Source of the DNA: Bacillota bacterium
Lineage (GTDB): Bacteria > Bacillota > Sulfobacillia > JAMDAP01
Assembly (NCBI GenBank): GCA_050260815.1
Contig: JBLNCQ010000070.1
Location: 10,518-74,517 of the forward strand
DNA: 64,000 nt
Direction: 5' to 3'
Shown here: piece after piece, positions 58,590-64,000 of the stretch
Layout: each line of letters opens with the position of its first letter
Position numbering within the stretch: the first letter of the stretch is position 1
Program-made: the position numbers and the translations under genes
Notes under the pieces: model-generated
What the model was told of the DNA's origin: nothing
What the model saw: only the letters and a program-made list of their open reading frames with translations
Databases searched by the model: none

Positions 58590-59657
58590 TCAGCGGTTGC
58601 CCAGACCCGCCACCAGGTCGAAGGCGGGGGCCGGCGCGGCCACACGGGCTACCTCGCGCCACAGCTCGGACGCGGGCAGGGACGGCCCGGTGGGTGACCA
58701 GGGATTGCAGGTGACGGCCTGCACCCGCAGCGGGTGCAGCACCTCCACCGTGCCGCCCTGGCGGCGGAAGCGGCGCCAGTCCAGGGGCTCGGGGAAGACG
58801 CGGGTGGCGTCGCGGACGACGAAGCGCAGACGCGAGGCCAGCCCCGGTTCGTTGGCCGCGGCGCGCAGCAGTCCAACGGGCAGGGCGCCGCCCAGGACTA
58901 CGGCGTGCGTGGCGGGCCGGAGCTCGGCCAGGATGTCGGCAAAGGCTCCGGCGGCAGTGGCCAGCCCAAGGCGGCGCGGGACCAGGCCGTCGCCCTCCAG
59001 AAGGGTCACGGCGGCGCCGTGGTCCAGGGCCTCTGAGGTCCTGTCGCGAAGCGTCCCCGGCGGGAGGCCGGGGAGGCGCAGGACGTCCAGGGACAGGTCG
59101 GTCTGGCGGGCCACGTCCAGCGGCGTCGGGCCAAGGGCGGCGCCGGTTGACACCACGGCGGCCTCGGTCACGCCGGGGGCGGCGGCGGCCAGTCGGTCCA
59201 GCGACCCGTCCACCAGACACAGGCAGGCCCCGCGGCTTTCCATGACCTCCAGGGCCAGGCGCAGCCGCGAGGCACTGCCCGGACCAATCAGCAGCACGGT
59301 TCCGGCCCGCGTGACGCGCCCCACCAGCACCTGCCCGAAGGGCGTGGCAAAGGGCAGCCGCTCCAGCGTTTCGATGGTGGCGGCGCCTTCGCCCAGGGCG
59401 TCCTCGGTGGTGGTCACCAGCGCCCCCTGCGGGGCCTGAATGGCGGGCTTGGGAAGCTCGGTGACGGCGTCCTGCCGCTCGCCGTCCCGGCCCGTGGAGC
59501 AGAGCCCCAGGGTCAGGCCGCGGGCCGCGGCTTCGGTCGCCAGGGTGCCCAGCGTTACCGTCTTGCCGACATTCTTGGCCAGGCCGATGACGGCCAGGCG
59601 GCGGACGCCGGGGGCCACCGTGGCGTCAAACAGGGCGGCCGAGACGTCAGTCGGCAT
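58590..59657 (-). CDS. P-loop NTPase-like protein conserved between kamA and kamD; function unknown (possible aminomutase accessory/reactivation factor)
   Basis: 355 aa; Walker-A-like GLAKNVGKT near the N-terminus; Ala/Leu/Gly-rich. Assigned only by position within the lysine-fermentation cluster. Confidence 0.4.
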   Translation of the reverse strand: MPTDVSAALFDATVAPGVRRLAVIGLAKNVGKTVTLGTLATEAAARGLTLGLCSTGRDGERQDAVTELPKPAIQAPQGALVTTTEDALGEGAATIETLERLPFATPFGQVLVGRVTRAGTVLLIGPGSASRLRLALEVMESRGACLCLVDGSLDRLAAAAPGVTEAAVVSTGAALGPTPLDVARQTDLSLDVLRLPGLPPGTLRDRTSEALDHGAAVTLLEGDGLVPRRLGLATAAGAFADILAELRPATHAVVLGGALPVGLLRAAANEPGLASRLRFVVRDATRVFPEPLDWRRFRRQGGTVEVLHPLRVQAVTCNPWSPTGPSLPASELWREVARVAAPAPAFDLVAGLGNR

Positions 59658-61008
59658 CGACGAGTTCCAGGGGAGCGCCGGGCGCCGGACCAGCGCTGCC
59701 CGCGGATCCCCCCGCCTCCTCCTGCCGGCGGCGCGCCGGGCCGCGGTAGGGCACCGCCTGTCTGGGCGACAGCACCCGCTGGTGACCGCTCTCCAGGGAG
59801 GCGACGCCGTAGTCGATGGCCTCGTGCCGGGTCTTGCAGATGGGGCAGATGCCGCCGTTCTGCTCCTGCTTCACCGCGGTCTCGTAGGCCTCGGTGGGCT
59901 CGTTGTACACCGTGATGACGCCTTCAAAGTTGCGCAGCACCGTCTTGCCGGGGGCCTGGGAGAGAACGTAGTTGGGCATCACCGGGATCTTGCCGCCGCC
60001 GCCGGGGGCGTCCACCACAAAGGTGGGCACGGCGTAGCCGGAGGTGTGGCCGCGCAGGGCCTCAATGATCTCGAGGCCGCGGCTGACCGGCGTGCGGAAG
60101 TGGGAGAGCCCCTCGGAGAGGTCGCACTGGTAGAGGTAGTAGGGCCGCACCCGGAACTTGACCAGGCCGTGCACCAGCTTCTTCATCGTCACCGGGCAGT
60201 CGTTGATGCCCTTCAGCAGCACGCTCTGGTTGCCCAGGGGGATGCCGGCGTCGGCCATCAGGTCCAGGGCCCGCTTGGACTCCGGCGTCAGCTCGTTGGG
60301 GTGGTTGAAGTGGGTGTTGACCCAGATGGGGTGGTACTTCTTCAGCATGTTGACCAGCTCAGGCGTGACGCGCTGCGGCATGACCACCGGCATGCGCGTG
60401 CCGAAGCGGATGATCTCCACGTGCTCAATCTCGCGGAGCTTCTTGACCACGTACTCAATGTTCTTGTCCGCCACCATCCAGGCGTCGCCGCCGGAGATGA
60501 GCACGTCGCGGATCTCGGGGTGGCTGCGGATGTACTCGATGCCCGCGTCCACCCGCGGGAAGTTGAACGGCACCTCGGCGTGGGAGACCAGGCGCCGGCG
60601 CGTGCAGTGGCGGCAGTACATGGGGCAGACGTCGGTAATGAGGAAGAGCACGCGGTCCGGGTAGCGATGCGTCAGGCCCGGCACCGGCATGTCCTCGTCT
60701 TCGGCCAGGGGGTCCTCCAGCTCAAAGCGGGAGACGTTCAGCTCCACCTGCCGCGGCACGGACTGGAGGCGAACCGGGTCGTTCGGGTCGCTGGGGTCAA
60801 TGAGGGAGGCGTAGTAGGGCGGAATGGCCATCTTGAAATGGTCCAGGCCGGTGCGCAGCACCGCCTCCTCCTCCGGCAGCAGGTCGATTACCTGGCGGAG
60901 TTCATCGGCGGTCTGAATGCGGTTTGCAGCCTGCCACTTCCAGTTGTTCCACTGCTCGTCGGTCACGTTCTTCCACAGCGGGATGTCCCGAAAATGCCGT
61001 GCGGCCAT
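59647..61008 (-). CDS. kamA: L-lysine 2,3-aminomutase (radical SAM)
   Basis: Start at MAARHFRDIPLWKNVTDEQWNNWKWQ (internal Met of the track ORF). CPMYCRHCTRRR is the radical-SAM CxxxCxxC motif. The C-terminal zinc-site CPICK is present. Confidence 0.85.
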   Translation of the reverse strand: MAARHFRDIPLWKNVTDEQWNNWKWQAANRIQTADELRQVIDLLPEEEAVLRTGLDHFKMAIPPYYASLIDPSDPNDPVRLQSVPRQVELNVSRFELEDPLAEDEDMPVPGLTHRYPDRVLFLITDVCPMYCRHCTRRRLVSHAEVPFNFPRVDAGIEYIRSHPEIRDVLISGGDAWMVADKNIEYVVKKLREIEHVEIIRFGTRMPVVMPQRVTPELVNMLKKYHPIWVNTHFNHPNELTPESKRALDLMADAGIPLGNQSVLLKGINDCPVTMKKLVHGLVKFRVRPYYLYQCDLSEGLSHFRTPVSRGLEIIEALRGHTSGYAVPTFVVDAPGGGGKIPVMPNYVLSQAPGKTVLRNFEGVITVYNEPTEAYETAVKQEQNGGICPICKTRHEAIDYGVASLESGHQRVLSPRQAVPYRGPARRRQEEAGGSAGSAGPAPGAPLELVDAD

Positions 61009-61070
61009 GGGCTCTTCCTCCTTGATGGGATCGAGGCTGCACAGGGTGGCGGCGCGGAGCGCCGGCGGTT

Positions 61071-62135
61071 TCAGGTGTACAGGGTCTCGAACATGCGGCG
61101 CAGGGTCTCGCTCTCCCGCAGGCACTGCAGGGCCAGGTCCGCGTGGCCGCGGGTATAGCCGTTGCCGATGACCATGTTCACGTCCAGTCCCACGCCCTCC
61201 GCGCCCAGCGCGGCGGCGGTAAAGCTGGTGGCCATGCTGAAGAAGTACACCGTGCCGCCGTCGCGGGTGGCCAGGATGGAGGCCATCTCCGTGCCGGGCA
61301 CGTTGACGCAGTTGATAGTCACGTCGGCCATGGCGCCGCCCGTGGCCTCCGCCACGGCGGTCATGGCGTCCAACGACCGGGTGGCGTCGACCTGGATGAC
61401 CTGGTCGGCAAACCCGGCCTGCCGCGCCCGCTCCAGGCTGGCAGGGCCGTAGTCGAGCACGATGACCTGCCCCTGGGGCCCCGCCTGCTTCTTGGCCTGG
61501 TAGGTCACCGGGAGGCCGGACTTGCCGCCACCGCCCAGCACCACCACGCGGTGGCCGGACTTGACCAGCCGCGCCGTCTGCGCCGGGGCGCCGGCCACGT
61601 CCAGGACCGCAAGGGCCAGGTTCTCCGGCAGGTCATCCGGCAGCTTGGCGTAGAGGCCGCTGGCGAACAGCACGGCCTTGCCCTGAACGTCCACCTGATC
61701 GGTGTCCAGGTGGACCTTCTCGATCCGGTTGATCGAAAGCGGCGTCAGCGACAGCGAGACCAGGGTGGCGACGCGGTCGCCTGGCTGCAGATCGACCCGG
61801 CCCTGCAGTTCGCGGCCCACTTCGGCCACGGTGCCGTTCAGCATGCCGCCCGAGCCGGTGACCGGATTGTGCATCTTGCCGCGGCGCTCCACGATGTCCA
61901 GGATGGCGGCGGCGACCGCCTCCTCCAGCCCGGGACCGTCCAGGCCCGGGCGCGCCTCCCTCGCCGCCCGCACCAGTTGGGTGAAGCTGGCGGCGTCAAT
62001 GTTGAGGCGGCGGACGTCGATGAGGATCTCGTCCGGGCCGCACACGGGCCGGTCGTCGATGCGCCAGGCGGGCTGGGGCAAGGAGCCTGCGGGCTCCAGT
62101 GAGCGGTGAATGCCGAGGCGTCGGGCCAGGTCCAC
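61071..62135 (-). CDS. kdd: L-erythro-3,5-diaminohexanoate dehydrogenase
   Basis: Start set to GTG 62135 with GGGAGGAGG RBS; the track ORF is 53 aa longer. SLPQPAWRID...ILIDVRRLNIDAASFTQ is the Kdd N-terminus. NAD(P)-binding VVVLGGGGKSG. Confidence 0.75.
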   Translation of the reverse strand: MDLARRLGIHRSLEPAGSLPQPAWRIDDRPVCGPDEILIDVRRLNIDAASFTQLVRAAREARPGLDGPGLEEAVAAAILDIVERRGKMHNPVTGSGGMLNGTVAEVGRELQGRVDLQPGDRVATLVSLSLTPLSINRIEKVHLDTDQVDVQGKAVLFASGLYAKLPDDLPENLALAVLDVAGAPAQTARLVKSGHRVVVLGGGGKSGLPVTYQAKKQAGPQGQVIVLDYGPASLERARQAGFADQVIQVDATRSLDAMTAVAEATGGAMADVTINCVNVPGTEMASILATRDGGTVYFFSMATSFTAAALGAEGVGLDVNMVIGNGYTRGHADLALQCLRESETLRRMFETLYT

Positions 62136-62379
62136 GGTGGTTCCTCCTCCCGGGGCCGCGCGGCCATCCGGCCTGCGGCCCTGTTGCGCCGGCCTCCGCG
62201 CGACCGCGGGGGACAGACGCCGGTAACTCCTCTCGATGCAAGAACCGTGCCAGTGGCGGCGCGCGGTCGGTGTAGGGCCCGAAGCCCGCGCCACCTGGCG
62301 GTTTTTGCCCGTTGCGAAAGGCGCTCGGGCGAAGGGGCGTGACGACCCGGGTGCTGAATCTTCGGCACCGCGCCGGGCG

Positions 62380-62420
62380 CCGAGAAAGGATTTGGAAATC
62401 CCTGTGTGCTATAATGGTGG
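62380..62420 (+). promoter_or_regulatory. promoter with extended -10 (TGcTATAAT) and a GGATTT-gg-AAATCC inverted repeat
   Basis: ggatttggaaatccctgtgtgctataatgg; TATAAT at 62410-62415, about 38 nt upstream of ATG 62454. Confidence 0.35.
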
Positions 62421-62453
62421 CAAGCTGTAGCCGCAGTGGCAGACTGTGAGCGG

Positions 62454-64000
62454 ATGGAGGTGTGGGCTTTGGATCGGCAGGACATCCTCAACGTTATCGA
62501 GGCGATCAGATCCGGTAGCGCCGCCGGTGACCTAGAGTCGGATGTCCTGGATATCAAGGACTTTCCGCTGGTCATTCAGGGAAGCGTTACACGGCCGAAT
62601 CACCAGCGCTTGGCGGACATGGTTCGTGAGTACGCCGTGTGCTTCGCTAATGCGCAGGGTGGCACGATCCTGTTGGGCATTCGGGACAGGGTCAAGGGCC
62701 CTCGTGCCATAACGGGATGCTTCGGCTACGATATTGACGATATAAAGCGAGCCGTTTACGACGGTACGGTACCTCCTCTGACCGTCGACGTGGTGGAAAT
62801 CACTGTAGAAGAAGGCACTCTCCTCGCAGTGCGCGTTCCAAAAAGCCCCCGTATCCACTCCTTGCAGGATGGTCGGCGTCTTCGCCGTGTGGGGCGAGAA
62901 TGCAGAGCTGTGTTGCCCGGTGACGACGTCGCCCTTGAGGTGGAAAAGGGCGGCGACTTCACGGCCAAATTGCTTTATGGAGTTGGCATGGAGGCGGTCG
63001 ACCCACTGGAGGTTCACCGCCTGCGCCGTTGGATCAGCCGCTACCGGCCAGGAGCCGAGATTTTGGATCTTGAGGACCTGGATCTCCTGAAGGGTCTGCA
63101 CCTGGTGGTGGACGGCCCTCGGGGACCGGCGCCCACTATTGCATGTGTTTTGCTTGTCGGCAGCGAGACCAGTCTGGCTGATCGGCTTCCGCAGAATGAA
63201 ATCCGCTACGCGGTATTTGAGCATGACGAGACGCAACCCGTTCAAGACGTGTCACTTCGGCTGCCGCTTCTCGCCACCATCGACCGCCTGCTGGAACTCA
63301 TCCAACCCTATAATCGAGTGACCACGATCCGCGATGGTCTTCTGGAACTGCCCATCCCCAGCTTCCCGGAGGAGGTTGTCAGGGAAGGACTTCTCAATGC
63401 CGTTATCCATCGGTCCTACGTTGAGCCCGAAGGGATTAATGTACGCCTTTACGAGGAGCGCCTTGAGATCGGCAATCCTGGCGGCTTTATTGGTGGGATC
63501 ACGCCGAGTAACATCCTTACCCATGAGCCACGCAGACGAAACCCGCTTCTAGCCGAAACGCTCCAGCATGTGGGAGCCGTCAATAGGCTGGGGCTGGGCG
63601 TTGACCGCATGTACAAGTTGCTGCTGTCATATGGCAAGGCCCCCCCCGAATACATCCCCCAGGAATCAGCCGTAACGCTGGTCATTCGAGATGGATCCGT
63701 GGATGAGCCGCTGGCCCGATATGTGGGTAAGCAGTCGTTGGAAGGGCACTCCTGGTCGGTTGAGGAGCTCATCGTACTCAGATACCTCCGGGTGCATGAT
63801 TCCATTCAGTCAGCACAGGCCGCGGAGCTTTGCCAGAGACCGCAATCTCACGCCTCCACCCTCCTTGCTCGCATGGAGGGCAGACTCCTTGAACGATTTG
63901 GCACAGGCCGAGGAACGTATTACCGCTTGTCCCGCAATGTATACGAAGCACTAGGGGCAGTCGAACGATTTGCCCGTGATCGGGGAATTGACGAAACTCG
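62454..64000 (+). CDS. Schlafen/AlbA_2 ('divergent AAA') domain plus HATPase_c_4 (RecG-C-terminal-like) protein, 3'-truncated at window end
   Basis: Not in the track because the frame is open to the window end, giving at least 515 codons. N-terminus MEVWALDRQDILNVIEAIRSG...DVLDIKDF...FANAQGGTILLGIRDR is AlbA_2-like. The middle EEVVREGLLNAVIHRSYVEPEGINVRLYEERLEIGNPGGF...HEPRRRNPLLAETL is HATPase_c_4-like. A C-terminal wHTH-like segment follows. GC is lower than in the neighbouring lysine cluster. Confidence 0.65.
   Translation, partial: MEVWALDRQDILNVIEAIRSGSAAGDLESDVLDIKDFPLVIQGSVTRPNHQRLADMVREYAVCFANAQGGTILLGIRDRVKGPRAITGCFGYDIDDIKRAVYDGTVPPLTVDVVEITVEEGTLLAVRVPKSPRIHSLQDGRRLRRVGRECRAVLPGDDVALEVEKGGDFTAKLLYGVGMEAVDPLEVHRLRRWISRYRPGAEILDLEDLDLLKGLHLVVDGPRGPAPTIACVLLVGSETSLADRLPQNEIRYAVFEHDETQPVQDVSLRLPLLATIDRLLELIQPYNRVTTIRDGLLELPIPSFPEEVVREGLLNAVIHRSYVEPEGINVRLYEERLEIGNPGGFIGGITPSNILTHEPRRRNPLLAETLQHVGAVNRLGLGVDRMYKLLLSYGKAPPEYIPQESAVTLVIRDGSVDEPLARYVGKQSLEGHSWSVEELIVLRYLRVHDSIQSAQAAELCQRPQSHASTLLARMEGRLLERFGTGRGTYYRLSRNVYEALGAVERFARDRGIDET

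Noticed and set aside
59440-61158. 572-aa plus-strand ORF, and 56904..58205 (433 aa)
   Set aside because: Antisense to kamA and kamD respectively; low-complexity V/G/A/D-rich translations.

Overview
This 64 kb window is high-GC DNA (roughly 65-70%). It looks like a Gram-positive-type chromosome from an S-layer-bearing, Firmicutes/Clostridia-like organism: there are many SLH-domain proteins, rpoE (RNA polymerase delta) sits next to pyrG, and there is a SigI/RsgI pair. I make no species call. Nearly all genes are on the minus strand.

Genes in order:
- 1-18.2 kb: a cell-surface polysaccharide cluster strongly reminiscent of S. aureus cap5/cap8. It has an fnlABC-like UDP-L-FucNAc pathway, a UDP-ManNAc dehydrogenase, a CapD/PglF-like membrane dehydratase, a WbaP-like initiating transferase, four glycosyltransferases, two Wzy-like proteins and a Wzz-like protein.
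- 18.5-21.2 kb: an SLH repeat protein and a RelE/Phd toxin-antitoxin pair.
- 21.4-27.2 kb: a complete sgc-type PTS operon (R-Q-X-B-C-E-A homologues).
- 27.4-33.6 kb: two small genes, a Yip1 membrane protein, a MacAB-like ABC efflux operon (MFP-ATPase-permease) and a small membrane protein.
- 33.8-42.3 kb: an S-layer/SLH gene block. It contains a decayed SLH gene, an AT-rich insertion carrying a small gene, and the sigI-rsgI pair.
- 42.7-44.9 kb: an AbrB-like gene followed by a roughly 1.7 kb low-GC island with three unknown genes. This island is my best candidate for an undescribed module.
- 44.9-55.9 kb: a metallophosphoesterase-PQQ-SLH protein, 0.8 kb of structured non-coding DNA, HD-GYP, PhzF, Yip1, SppA, pyrG with a promoter/attenuator leader, rpoE and an NlpC/P60 peptidase.
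- 56.0-62.1 kb: a lysine-fermentation cluster, kdd-kamA-(P-loop gene)-kamD-kamE.
- 62.4 kb to the end: a promoter and a partial Schlafen/AlbA_2 + HATPase_c_4 gene in lower-GC DNA.

No rRNA, tRNA, CRISPR array or IS element was recognised by eye. Many long ORFs in the track are antisense artefacts of the high GC content. All functional calls are from motif and domain recognition by reading translations; no searches were run.
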